Part shown: positions 12,697 to 25,800 of the stretch, in pieces
How positions within the stretch are numbered: position 1 is the first letter of the stretch
How the letters are laid out: every line of letters begins with the position of its first letter
Source of the DNA: Phaeosaccion multiseriatum
Taxonomy: Eukaryota > Protista > Ochrophyta, other classes
DNA: 64,000 nucleotides
Reading direction: 5' to 3'
Assembly: GCA_965112735.1 (NCBI GenBank)
Contig: OZ218955.1
Span: 3,348,001-3,412,000, forward strand
Translations under genes and position numbers: made by a program
The notes under the pieces: generated by a model
What the model saw: the letters and a program-made list of their open reading frames with translations, nothing else
What the model was told of the DNA's origin: nothing
Databases searched by the model: none

Positions 12697-14047
12697 TGTC
12701 AGCCTCAGCCTCGGTCGGCTCCAAGCACTGCCGCTATTGCCACTGGTGAGCTGCCACAGCAGGAATCTTTCATGTCAATCCAGTTTTGCCTCTCCACCCA
12801 GAGGGAGCCGGCTACAAGAGACAAGCGTCAAAGTGGAGAAGCGGAGAAGAAAGGCGCACTCCACCTATTGCTATCGTCTCCCCACGAGAAGCTCCTCGCG
12901 TTTTCTACGCCAAAAACCACTGCCCAAACCGCAAGCAAATTGGGAATTTGGGCCCTCCACCGGACGTTGACATCAGCAAAAACCCGAGGGGCGCCTTTCC
13001 TCTCTGAGAGGAAGTCAGCGTCGATGGGCAACCGGTCGACCGCGGACGAAGTGAGTGAGTGAGTGAGTGAAGAGTGAGGGAGGGGGGGAGGGGGCGAGAA
13101 GCAAAGCGGGCACGGAAGGCGTGGGTGTAGCGGAAACTTCCATTATTTTTGCCGTTGACTCTCCCTTTCTGGGGGGCAAACGAGCACTATTTGGGAGAAA
13201 TACGGTATTTAATCCCATGGTGCAAAAGCCTCCACCGCTCGTAGGCGGGTGGTGCCACCGGTGGGGGGTATATACACATCAGGGACCTCAAACAGGGGCA
13301 TTGTAAACGAACGTGGTGGCCACAAGCGAGCAATCAGGCTCGGCTGAAACCCCCCCCCCTAAAACTGACACTGACAGTGAGTGAGTGAGGAGGGAGTGAG
13401 AGAGTGAGCGAGGCAAAGGAGTGTGTGACGAGTGACGGCTAGTAGGAGTGGGCTATGCGTATCATCTCTGTCTAGACAGGCCTATTCCTGTCGTCATGCC
13501 CTACCGAAAGTGTGTGCGTTCGTCCGAGTCCGAGTGATACGGTGACGAACTATGAAGGAGCAGCAGCTCTCAAAGGGAAGGGAACGCGCAGAGCTCTGAG
13601 CTCTAATCCCAGAGGACTCCGCGGAGGCATACTGACCGAGCACCTTGTGGTCCTCTGTCCTCTAGGCCGGCGCCACGGCGCCCCAACCTTGAATTTTTTT
13701 TGGACTGGCTCTCCTCTCACAAGGGCCAATTTGCTGCATACTTTTCCTGGCCCTCGCCGGCCCTCTTTCTCCGTCTCCATCCTCTCTGCATGTAGCTTCC
13801 CTGGCTCTTCCCTCTCGCATGCCTGGCTTCCACACCTCCTCGACTCCGCGTTGTGGCGCATGGAATGCAAGTAGTGACGCGCTCCCCCGGGGGGAGGGGA
13901 AAGTGTCAAATGTTTTGCTGACATACTTTTTTGAGGCGGTCGGCCCTCTACCACTTTTCTCGCTTAGAAAGTGCTCTCTAGTCTTCAGCTCTCTCTCTCT
14001 CTCTCAGTCTTTCTTAACTCTCTCTCACACATAACCCTGTTGTTGCC

Positions 14048-17000
14048 ATGGCTCGAACGGCAGCGCTCCTCGCGGTGCTGCTGGTGGCCGCGGGAGCTTC
14101 TTGTCAAGTTGAGGCCTTCCTCATGCCACCACCACCAGATGCCGCGGTGGGAGGGGGACGAGTGATTACAGGGGGAGGCGGGGCAAGAGCGGGTCCCACG
14201 AAGACCGCTCGGCTCTCCGCGCGTCCCGTGTCCTCCCTCGCTCCCTCCTCGTTCCTCCCAACTGCAGCAGGCCGCTCGCTGGTCTTCCCGTCACAGAGGA
14301 GGTAGGAAGGGGGAGGGGGCGTGGGAGTAGTTGGGGAAGGGGGAGCTAGTGTGATTACTCTGACTTCTCGCCTTCGTCGTTTTCTGGAAGAATAGCATCC
14401 AGGACGCTTGCAGATGAAGACGCGTATAGCCAGGGCTTCCCTACCTTGTGGGGTGGTGGTGCGTCCGTCGTCGCCACGAAATTTCTCTTTGACGCTCCAA
14501 CCCCGCCCCTCACCACCACGTGCCTCACCCCGCACCCTCCCGTCGACGAACCAATGAACCAACCAACCGCTGTGCTCTGCTCCTTGTCCCTCCCCCACCC
14601 AGCACGACCGCTCTCTGGGCCGAGCCTTTTTCGACGGAGAAGGAGTACGATCAGTTCCTTGCCGAACTCATCTTCTCCCAGAACGACATTACTGACGACG
14701 TTCTCAGGAACCTCGACAGGGCGTGTGATGAGGACTTCCTCGCTTGGCTCATCAAGAAGTGAGTGAGGGAGTGAGTGAGGGAGTGATGAGTGAGTGCGTG
14801 AGTGAGTGCTTGAGTGGGGGTATTGGGTGAGCGAGGGAGGGAGTTGTATGTACCTCTCGTCGTGGTGTGGTGTAGAGCTGAGGTGTGTGGGAGGGTAGGG
14901 CAGGGAGGGGAACACTACCATCGTACGGCTTCTGCCTCTGACCTCCCACCCTCCCAACCCTCTCCTTCCATTCCCCTTCCATCCCCCCCTCCTCCTCCAC
15001 CCCACCTCCACCCTCCCCCACCCCCCACCAGAGCCAATGATTCAGAGGACCTTGACGAGCGTGTGGGCCTCAAGAACTTGCACGGCACCATCTCTTCGAT
15101 AATCGACAAGGTCAAGCAGCAGGCCGACCTTGCCCCTCCCGACGAGGCCTTGGCCACGGACGAAGATGAGGTGGTGGCACCCTTTGACAGAAGTGGGGTT
15201 GATGGAACTATTCAGGACGCACAGGTGTCCCCGGTGGTGGGGTCGGCAGGGGCTGAGGACACGAGCGACGAAAGAGTCTTTGCGGAGATGGCCAGAGTGC
15301 AGCGAAGAGGTACGGGGGTATGTGTTTGTGTGTGTGTATACACGTGTGTGTGTACATGTGTGTGTGTGTATACACGTGTGTGTATACGTGTGTGTGTGTG
15401 TGTGTGTGCGTGCGTGCGAGTATGTTGTGTGCCTTGATGGTGATACATCCTTATCATTGCTCCTCTGAATGCCGCCCTGCTTTTTGTATGCAGTACGCTC
15501 TTACTTTGTATTGATACTGTAATTCTGTTCTCTGTTGTCAGTCAGCCACCCCCCTCACCTCACTTACGTGTTTTATACATTACGTGCATCAGATGTCTCA
15601 CTCGCCCCCCTCCTCCCCTCCCTCCTTTGCGCAGGCCTGGAGGCCACAGAGGACAAGGCCAGCAGTGCCCGCGGCAAAATGGCCTCTCCTTTCGAAACAG
15701 TGCCGGCCAACGTGCGGGCCAGCTACGACGCCATGCTCAACGGTGAGCTTAGAGCTGCAGCTTCCCCTCCTTTTCCCTGCCCTTGCGCGGTTGGTTGGTG
15801 GGCTTGCCGCGCCCTCTTCTCCTTCCAACCCCCGCCCCCTGCTCCTAAGCCAGGAGTGTGCTCGTGTAAGGCTGCCCTGACGACCCTTTCCCTTCCCCTA
15901 CCCCCCTCTTCCTCTTCCTTCTCCTCTTCCTCTTCCTCCTCCTCCTCCTCCTCCTCATCCCCGCAGCCGTCCTCGAGAGAGACGCAAACGTCAGCCTGGA
16001 GAGTGCTGTTGAGGCGGTGTACGAGAAGGTGGACGTACAGTTCCTCACCCTCATGAACCAGCGCATTAATGAGGACGGAGGAAAGGCTGAGGGAGCGGAT
16101 AAGCTGCAGGCCATCGTCACGGAGGTGTGCATATATATATGGTGGGGGGGGGGGGGGCTGGGTGGGTGGGTAACTTACTCCAACACGCTCTTCTCCCTCT
16201 TGCCCTCATATCCTATGGAACGCCCGTCCGACCGCTGTGAATGTACCTTTGAATCACAACACCTGTAGATCAACAACATCATGGAGCGGCGAATGAGCGA
16301 GGCGACGGAGCGGCTGGGCTCCATTTTGGCCGAAAAGGAGCCGCAGAAGATGGTGGCAAAGATTGGCTTAATGGCTCAAAAGGGGGAGGTGAACGACGCG
16401 CTTGTGCTGCTGCTGGACGGCAACATTCAGCAGGCAGAGACGGCGGGGGCGGAGGGAGCCGTCAAGGTTATGAAAATGCTCAAGGAGAGAGTGGAGCAGG
16501 TACGGACGCATGGAAATGAATTTTGACTCATCGTAAGACTCGACTGACTCCACGATTTTGACTCGACTGATTGACTGACTGACTGACTGGCTGGCTGACT
16601 GACGGACGGACGGACTAACTGACTTGACTGACTGTCTGTCTGTCCTTCCTTCCTTCGTTCGTCCCCTCCTTCCTTCCTTCACACCCACAGGAGCTCGACG
16701 GAAAGGCCGACGAGGATAAGAAGCTCCTCCGGCGATTACTGCGCACGGAAGACTCGGTGGCAAGGGTGCAGATTCTCGAGGAGGCATTCCGGCCTAGGGC
16801 AAAGCTGGCGCTGAGCGAGGACGAGGAGAGCAGCGAGGAGCCTTTAGTGACACCCCCCAAGTTCATCCAAACGGTAAAGAATCTCATTCTTAACTTTGGA
16901 AACATTGAGAAAGCGGAGCCCCAGTTTGGCGCCAAGCTGGACATGATTATCCGAGAAGCGGAGCAAACAGCGACCGAGCTGTTCGGGGAGAGTGAATCTA

Positions 17001-17194
17001 TCCAGCAGAGGCAAGACCGGGCCTGGGACGAGCAAGGAGTGAGCGTGTTTGATCTGGAGCGGGCGGAGGAGCAGGCCATGTGCTCAGGGGAGGAGGCGCC
17101 ATGGGCGAACGACAAGTATGACACGATGATGCCGGACAATCTCAAGGGACGGGTGCTGGACGGGTCGGATTGGAATGTGGGCGGTTTGCAGTAA
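14048..17194 (+). CDS. Plastid-targeted helical protein, At4g37920-like family; exons 14048-14301, 14603-14758, 15032-15309, 15635-15742, 15967-16124, 16269-16499, 16691-17194
   Basis: Signal peptide ends VEA-FLMP (heterokont ASAFAP-like) and is followed by a Ser/Arg-rich transit peptide. Introns are phase-consistent GT-AG. The C-terminal half (ERLGSIL...KIGLMAQKGEVNDALVLLL...KLLRRLLRTED...RVQILEEAFRP...VTPPKF) resembles the plant At4g37920 family from memory. The gene model is firmer than the family call. Confidence 0.65.
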
Positions 17195-17807
17195 GGAGTG
17201 TAGAGCGGAAAAGAGTAGGGGAGAGGAGAGAGGGTGAAATAGAGGGTGGATAGATGGGCATGTGTGTGTGTGTGTGGAAAGCAAGCCCTCTCTCTCTCCT
17301 TACTTCCTCAACCAACACTAACTTAGCTAGAGTCATACGAGTAGTACGTTGCATTAGTTTCAGTTTCCTTTCCTTCCTTTCCTCCTTCCTTAATGTCATG
17401 TTAATCTCTCTTGTCGCGGCCATTTCTTGTTCCAATTTCCTTTCTAAACAGTGTATACTTTAATGAAAACAGAGCGCTGACAGACGTGATTTTCTTACTA
17501 ACAATAAAAATCGTAAGTACCTCTTTCGTTGGACGAAATTAAGGCGAATTAAGATAAACTGCGTCAAACAGGGCTTTAAAGGGGGTAAAAAAGGGGTTCA
17601 AACGTCGTGAAACGTCGTCAAAGCAATCGTCATTTATCGTCAAAAAAAAATCGCGGGGCGTCAAAAGTGCCAATCAACCGCGAAATCGCAGTAAAGTACC
17701 TTCTGACTCTATTCCTCCCCATACCCCCCTCCTCCCCCCTCTCGCACCTCCCCTTCTGCTGTGGCCTGCTCTGGGCGCACCGCTCTGGCTATCTGTACTA
17801 CTCCCAT

Positions 17808-18624
17808 CTATTCCACCCTTCCCTCGTCCTCATCCTCCTCCTCCCGCCGCCGCTGCTGCTGTAGCTCGCTCTGCGCCCCGAGCCTCCGCTTGGTCCACAT
17901 CCCTCTCGCCTCCAGGGCGGCTAACCGCGCCTCTCTCCTCTCCCCAAACAATTCCACAGCCTCCGAGAGAGAGAGCACCGCATCCAACCCCCCCCCCCCC
18001 CCCCCTCCTCCTCCTCCTCCTCCTCCTCCTCCTCCTCCTCCTCCTCCTCCTCCTCCACTGCCCTCTTGGTGAGGAAAGAGCTGCTGCCTATCCAAGCAAA
18101 GTTGACTGAGTGTCGCATCCCAAAAGGTCCCACTGAGGCTTGGGGCACACGCCAAGTCCTCCACCTCCTCATCAGACAAAACTGCCCTTGCCGCTGCCGC
18201 TGCCCCTCCTTCTACAGGCCCCTGCCCAACCACGAGGCTTGCTGTGCGGCCGCTGCCCGTCGTGGATGGTCTTCTACTTCGACGACGAGAGGAGCCGTGC
18301 AGAGGAGGGGCGCTTCGTCCTGACGTTCTTCTCGTGTTGGTGCGTTGGTGGCGTTGTTGCTTGTCTTCTTCATCATCATCAGCAGTATCATCATGAGCCG
18401 CAGTACCAGCTGTACCCGGTACAGCGGTGGCCTTCCTACGAGCTTCAGCATAATCTTGCTGCTGCTGCCGCTGTCGCTGTTGCCGCTGGTAGTGCTGGTG
18501 CCTGCCCTGCTGCGCACGCCTCTTTGTGGCATCATCTATTATTCCTCCTCCATCGTCGAAGCACTCCGGCACACAATAAGAGGGTGGGTGCCTCCCCCAT
18601 CCCTCGGTCTGCCCCTGGTGGTAG

Positions 18625-18664
<40 letters not shown>

Positions 18665-19316
18665 TATCATCCTCTCCTGCCGATGAAGCGCCAACAAAGC
18701 CTGCCCCTCCTGCGGCCATGTACGATGGACCGATGAGCTTTACCCCTGGCGCTAACAAAGGCAGTCCCTGGATCTGCATCTCTGCGCAGTACGCTTCATA
18801 CGCCCTTCTCGGGAGAACGGAGAATGTCACAGGTGTCTCCAGTGTCTCGCCCTCAGAAATTGTCCGGAAGAAGTCCTGGAAAGCCCCCACTCGGGCAGCA
18901 TCAATCTCCAGCTCCACAGTGTTACTGATGCCGGACGCGAGCTGCCGAGGCGGCAAGAAGGCAGACATCAACCCGCTGCCTGCTACTACTGCTGGTGGCG
19001 GTGCATGTGCGTCCCAGTCCTCTTCTGTGGTGCCCAGCTGGCTTACACTACCACGAGCCTGCTTTTGCCCCAGGGCCACCCGACAGCGTTGAGGAAGGGG
19101 GCCCACGTTGGTGAGTCGCAGCGGCATACTGTAGACGTTTCCCTGGCAAAGAGTGCCGAAGGAAGAGTGCGAAGGTCTAAGGGCAAGGGTCGGCGTGGGC
19201 AAAGTCCTCCCCCCCAAACCTTTTTTGTTGCTCGTCCCCAGGCTGCTGCTGCCAAGCCGAAAAGAGCGCCGCAAGCCGCACTGAGGTGGGCTCGAGAAAT
19301 TTCTCTCCTCCATCAT
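17808..19316 (-). CDS. Intronless protein with an N-terminal ASH/PapD-like Ig domain (SPAG17/PF6 C-terminus-like), probably ciliary
   Basis: 502-aa ATG ORF. The segment LALRPSHSSFGTLCQGNVYSMPLRLTNVG...RCRV...LASGISNTVELEIDA...G.FQD...ISE...ETPV matches the ASH-domain pattern. The rest is low complexity. Confidence 0.6.
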
Positions 19317-19876
19317 CTGGTCTTTGCCTTGCAGACGAACAAAGCCCGAGAAGAGAAGATGGAGAGAGGGGGAACAAGTGGGAGTTTCAAGTTCACGTGT
19401 TCATCCTCCAAACAAATGTTGGCGACCACGCACGGGGAAAAAAATGGCACTCGACGGCAATAATACACCTTGCCCCGCCGTTTAGCGTAGAGCGGCCAGC
19501 GCGCCTTGGAAGCGGTTACGACACACAACCAACACAGCTCATTCTACACACCAAGAGCTGTAGGGGTGTACAGCGCTGAGGCCGCTTGTCGTGTGCCGCA
19601 TTTCTCCGCGTTTTCAAATCTCGTCTAACGGTTAGTCCCTGTTTGCTTCCACCTCACGCCATAATATCTTGCTGTGGCTTCCCATCGTGCGGTAGCAGCT
19701 GGATAACTGCGAGAAAATTGGTCCTGGGAGAGGGCCTGCAACTTTCCCGAACCCTGGTACAGCAGCGGCCGCTGGTGGAAGGCTGAAGTAGGCAGCAACA
19801 GAACGATCAGTGATTTGGTACAACCCACAGGCCCCTGGAGGGGCGGAGTGTGCTGGGGTAGGCTCAGGGGGTGACC

Positions 19877-22800
19877 ATGGCGCTGTGCAACGACCCTGAC
19901 CACGGCGCCCTGGAGCAGGAGCTCGAGGGCCTCTATAGCGAGAACATCAAGCTGCAAGAAGAGCTCAACAATGCACACGCCACAGGGGGAAGCGGAGGGG
20001 GAGGGGCAGGAGGGAAGAACCTGCCTGCAGAGGCCTTGGCGGATATGGAGCGGCTCCTCGAGGAGAACTCCACCTTGATCAAGGACAGGGACCGGTACCA
20101 GAATGACTACCTCACACAGAAGGACAGGGTCAACGACCTCGAGAGGAGGCTAGAGGAGAGGGAGGCGCAGAGCAAGGAGGCCGAGAAGCTGGCGAGGAAG
20201 TATCAGGTAAGCTGTTGCTGTACCACCAACCACTGCTTCTACTGCTGCTGTTGATGACCATCCCCCCCCCGCCCGCCCTGGGTGGTCTCTGAGCTTGTCT
20301 CCTCCTCCTGCTGCTGCTGGGGGGGCACTATCCAGGATGGGTAGTCTCGTGTGGTCTCGTCCCCCACCCCCGAGTCGATTCTCTCTCCCATCCTCCTTAG
20401 AATCTCATCACTCACACCTCTCTGTACGCCCTCCTCGTACGTGTATGTCCCTACCTGCCCAACCCCACCTCCCCCCCCACCCATACGCACGCACGCACGC
20501 ACGCACACACGCACACACACACGCACACACACAGGACGAACTCGAGGACACACGCACCATGCTTCAGGCGGAGAAGGCCCGCACAGAGGCCCAAGCCAAG
20601 CGCCTCGGAGACGTGTCCAGCGCCCAGCGGACGGACCAACTGCAGCAAATCAGCGCTATGCAGGAGGCGGAGGAGCTAAGAGAGCTGCAGGAGGACCTGG
20701 AGGCGCAGTTGTTGGAGAGGGATGCTCTTATACACGATTTGTCTGAGACCAATCAGCAGCTGGTGGAGGAGTTTGATACTCTCAAGGTGAGGGAGGGAGG
20801 GAGGGAGGGAGGGAGGGAGGGAGGGAAGGAGGGAGGGAGGGGAAGGAAGAAGCAGGGAGATGTGTATAACATTGGCTTTCTCCCTGTTATATTGATACCG
20901 TATGCCCCTCGCTAACTCACCCTTACATCCCCGCCCCACACTCCCCCACCCCGACCCCCATCCCCACCCACCTGACCCAACCTTCGTCCGCCTCCCTTTG
21001 CGGCCTTCCACTACCATCCACGGCCATCTGAGGACAGGTGAAGCAGGAGGACATGGCCCTGGAGCTAACGGGCCGAAACGGCATGATGCAAGAGATGCAG
21101 AGAGACCTTGCGGACGCTCAGGACCAGATATCGGTGGCCAGGGAGGCTGAGGAGGACATGGAGAAACGTCTCGACGCGGAGCTCGCACAAGCCAGGAGGA
21201 AGCAACTCGCGCTGGAGGGAGACTTGCAGAGCGAGAAGTGAGTGAATGTCAGGACAGAGTGGGAGTGGATGAGTGTGGGTGGGTGTGGGTGTGAGCTCTC
21301 CGCCCTTTCTATATGCTTTTTCTCACCCAACGCCCCCCTCTCCCGCCCTATATCCCTCTCTCGTCCCCTCTCCTCCCTGAACAGAGAGACGGTGTCTGAA
21401 CTCCGTGGTGATGTGAAGCGCCTGAAGGAGAACTCGGGCATCGCTGCAAAGGAGCAAGAGATCGAGGCACTCAGGCAGGAGGTGGAGCGCCTTAACGTGG
21501 AGCTGACCCTAGGGGAGCAGGGGCTGGAGCAGGTCAGTCAAACAGGCAGACAGGCGGTGGCTAGGCTTTCTTCTGCTGCCCATGTCCCTCTATCTATGTG
21601 CGTGTCTCTATCTGTCTACCTGTTGTCGCCTCTTCCCTCTGCTCGTATCAAGCCAAACGGGTGGTAGCCCGCTGGGAGGGTAGTGGTGGTGATGGTAGGC
21701 TGATTGTGGTAGTTGGATCTTTGTGTGAGCAACTAACTGAGCTTACCAAAGTCCTTTTGTTCGGTCGAATCTAAACCTTCTCTCTACCTCCCCCCCAACC
21801 CACCCACTCCACCCCACCCCATCCCATCCACTACCATCCCGTCTCACCCCATCCACTGCCATATCACCCCAGGCTGGAAAGGACTTGGAGGTACTGAGTC
21901 TGCAACTGGCGGAGGCAGAGGACCGTGCAGAGAATGGAGCAACTGCCGCAGCGGCAAAGGAGATTAAGAAGAACGCTGAGCTGGAAGCCAAGATTAGGCT
22001 GCTGGAGACGCGAATCAAGGACGATCAGACGAGAGTGGACGAGGTGGAGGCGAGCAAAGAAATGGTGGAGAGAGCGCTTGGGGAAGCGGAGGGGTGGAAG
22101 GTGAGTGAGTAGAAAGGAGGGAGGGAGGAGGGAGGGGATGGAGAGAGGAGGGAGGGAGGGAGGGGAGGGAGGGAGGAAGAAGGAAGGAGGGAGGAAGAAC
22201 GTGAGGCAGAAAGTCCAATACGACAAATGACCATTGATCGATCGATGACGGATGACGGATGGCCGATGAGATGGAGCGCCATGGCCCTTCCATGCATTGC
22301 CATCCCCCTCATCCACTGCTATCCCCCTCCTGTCGACTGCCATCCCTGCCATCCACTGCCATCTCTGCCATCCACTTCCACCCCCCCTCCCATCCGCTGC
22401 CATCCACTTCCAACCCCGCCCCCCCCTCACACCCGCTGGCACCCCCCTCCCACAGGCGCAATACGAAGCTGGGCACGGGCTCGTGGAGGCGGTTCAGCAC
22501 CAAAAGGCTCTCAAGAGGGAGATTCAGCGTCTTGGAGAGGAGGTGGACAGTCGAGGATACAAGCTGGGAGAGGTGCGTGTGTGTGTGAGTGTGAGATTGA
22601 GTGTGAGTGTATGTGTCTTGTTAGTCTGTGTGTGTTGCGCTCGTTGCCTCCCAGCAGTTAGGTGCCCTACCAGCTCCACTCTTCTGTCCTTGACACATGC
22701 AGCTACCATTCAGTGCATGCCCCTCCCTTGTCACTAAAGGAAGGATGGCACCTGACGGCCTTCCCTCCCTATGTAACTGTAACTAGGTCATGGACTCAAT

Positions 22801-25800
22801 GGAAGTTCTTCAGCTCACGTGTGAGCGGCTGCGTAAAGAGGCCAATCTCCCATCGGGTTTCCAGTACGATGATCTGCCGAAGCTCAAGCTCGAGGCCGCA
22901 GGAGAGGTGGCCAGGCTAAGGTGCGTGGGTGCGTGCGTGCGCCGTGGGTGCACCATGGGTGTGCCATTGATTGGATTGCTGGCTTCCTTCTCCTCACCCT
23001 TCCCCCCCACCTTCCGCCCTCCCCTCCCCTCCCCTCCCTTCCACCCCCTTTTCTTCTCCCCCCTCCAGGGCCGTGGTGGGTGAGCAGCAGTCACAGATGG
23101 ATGACCTGAACAACGAACGCCTCAAGCTGATGCAGCGCATGCGCGACCTGGCGGCCACGAGCGTGGCGGACAAGGGAAAGAAGTTCAAGGGCCTGGACGC
23201 AGAGCAGCTCGAGAAGGTTTGTTCACTGGATGGCAGTGGATGGCAATCGGTGGCCCTACCCCCTCAGTCTCTTCACTCACTCCCCCACCCCCCCACCCCC
23301 CCCGTCCTCCCAACTCCTTTAAAGGTGAACGACTTCGCCGCTAACCTTCGCCAAGGGACGCTCGAACTGCCCCTTGACGACCGCTCCTTCGAACTCAAGC
23401 AGCAAGTGGACAGCCTAACCAAGCAAAAGGAGACACTACAGGCTCGAGTGTCCGAGCTAGAGAGGAGTCTTCTGTTGCTTCACAGGGCCGGAGGGGATGA
23501 CGAGGAGTTGCGGTCAATGGCCATGGGGGAGGCCCCCGGGGTGGCTGCGGTAAAGCGCCAATTGGCCGACTTGTCGGATCAGAACGCGTCGTTGAGGGAG
23601 CTTTTGGCGGTGCTGCCGCAGCAAATCCTCCTCTCCCAACAGCAGCAGCCGTTGGTGACACAGCCGCAGTTGGCAACCAGCCCCGGGGGCGGGTCCCGGA
23701 GGCACTCCTTGGCAGGGGTGCAAGCAGCGAAGGACGCCGGGATGGCAGTGGACGAAGATGGTGCCGTGAGCAGCGGCAGGAGCTCGTCTAGTGGTGGAGG
23801 AGGAAGCAGTGTTGTGGGGGGGGGTGGGCAGGAGGGAGACACTCCTCGACGGCGGAGAAGCAGTGCCTCGGGCTCCGGGGCAGATGCCGTGTCTACCATC
23901 AGAGCAGCAGAGGGGGCCGTATCACCAACTGCTGGGGATGAGCTCCTGGTGGAGGGTGGGGCGAGAGAGGCCGGAGATGAGTCCCTTCCCTCGGCGCTGG
24001 ACGCGCTCTTCCCAATGGCGGTGATAGGGAGCGGCGGAGGAGGAAGGGCGGGGAGGCGCGTGTCTGCTGCCATCGAAGCACACGACAGTGCCAAAATGTC
24101 ATCAGGAGGAGGAGGAGGAGGAGGAGGAGGAGGAGGAGGAGGAGGAGGAGGAGGAGGAGGAGGACGTCGTGGCAGTACGCAGCAGCGCCATGTGAGCAGC
24201 AGCGGCGATCTCGCGAATATGTCAGTGATGCTGCAGAGCATGCAGGAGTTTCTCGTGGGTAAGATGACGGAGCTGGTGCGGCGGCCAGGGACCGCCCGCT
24301 CTGGGAGTGGGAGCGGAGGTGGGGGCAGCAATGGGCTAGGGACGGCCGCTTCGGAGGGAGGTGTCGCTTCTCCTGGTGCTGGTCAAGGGAGCCAAGGACA
24401 AGAAGACCTGAGCGACAGTGAGGGGGCAAGCTCTTCCTCGCTCAGTGCCCGGGGCCGAGGACGGACAAGGGCTGCCGCTGTCGGGGTGCATCTTGGCGTA
24501 CCACCAACTGGTGCTTCTGCGGCTGCCACGCCTGCTTCGGCTCCGGAACATGGCAGTGGTGGGACGGAGGGAGGAGATGGTACAGGAGGAGGAGAAGGAG
24601 GAGAGCGACGTAGGGAGTCGAGGAGGTCGATATCGATGGACGTGGCCAAGCAAGCGAGCGATCGAATGCTCAGTGACGCGGCTCGGAGACAGACCCTCGA
24701 CTTGCAGCGCATTATGGACCAGATGGCCAAGTTGCAGCACATGTTCGAATTCACGCTACAGGGTGGCGACGACGGCGGCCCCGCTGAGGGTGGGCGGAGG
24801 AGGATGGGGTCTTCCGGCTTGCCGTTTGGGGACTCTGTGGGAGGAGGAGATGGTGTATCACCAACTGGTGCTGCTGGTACCCGGTACCGGCAGCAGCAGC
24901 GGCACCGCTCCCCTCAAACACCGGGGGGCAAGGACCTGATGAAGCGACAGTTACGCACGCTCAACTTGCCGCCGGCAGAATGGGCAGAGGAGGTCAAGTC
25001 TCTTACGGGTCAGCTTGTAGAGGCATTGGAGCAGCTTAGTGAGAGGGAGGAGGAGCTTGAGGAGCACGAGGAGCTGCTGGGGCGCTATGAGGACCATCTT
25101 GCTGGCATGCAGGTGGGTGGGTTGTATCAATGGGGGAGGAGGTTGGTTGAGAAGGCGGGTGTGGGAGATGGGTGGGTAGGTGGGTGGATGGGTAGATGGA
25201 TACGTGGGTGGGTGTGGGACACACGTACCTGTACATCGTCTACTCTTTTCTTCCGCTCATCCCAACCCCACCCCACCGCACCCACTCTCAATGTGTGTGT
25301 GTGTATGTGTGTGTGTGTGTGTGTGTGGACAACTTCCTTATTCTCCCCCTGTCACTTCACTTCCACACCTACTCCCACTCCCACTCGCCACTCCCACAAC
25401 AAAGGCCCGTACGGCGGTGCTCTACCGCGAGCACGACGCACATCTCCAGAGCACGGCCCAGCGGGAGAAGGAAGCAAAGGAGGAGACGGCTCAACTGCTC
25501 GAAGAGAGGGACAAGCTCGCCATTAAGGTGAAAGGGATGGAGGCCATACTGGCAGTAGAAGACGCGGCAGCGAGTGGGTCCGACCCCGCTGCTCCTCTCC
25601 GTGCTGCCCGTGAGCTTGGGCGCAAGTGTATGGTGCATGAGGTGAATAGCGCAGTGTTGGCTCGCAAGTACACGAGTCTGGTGGAGCAGGTGAAGCTGGA
25701 GAGGGAGAATGTTGTCCGGTGCGAGGCGGACTTGTTGGACATGGAGGCTGCCACCAAAACACGCATCCTCTACCTGGAGCAGTGGAAGGCATCCGCCAGT

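Noticed and set aside
12301-13062. 253-aa plus-strand ORF
   Set aside because: It is antisense to the WW gene 5' end and promoter, has a non-ATG start and shows no recognisable motifs.
14042-14055. RFX X-box-like GTTGCCATGGCTC
   Set aside because: It overlaps the start codon of a plastid protein gene, the match is imperfect, and RFX factors are not expected in stramenopiles.
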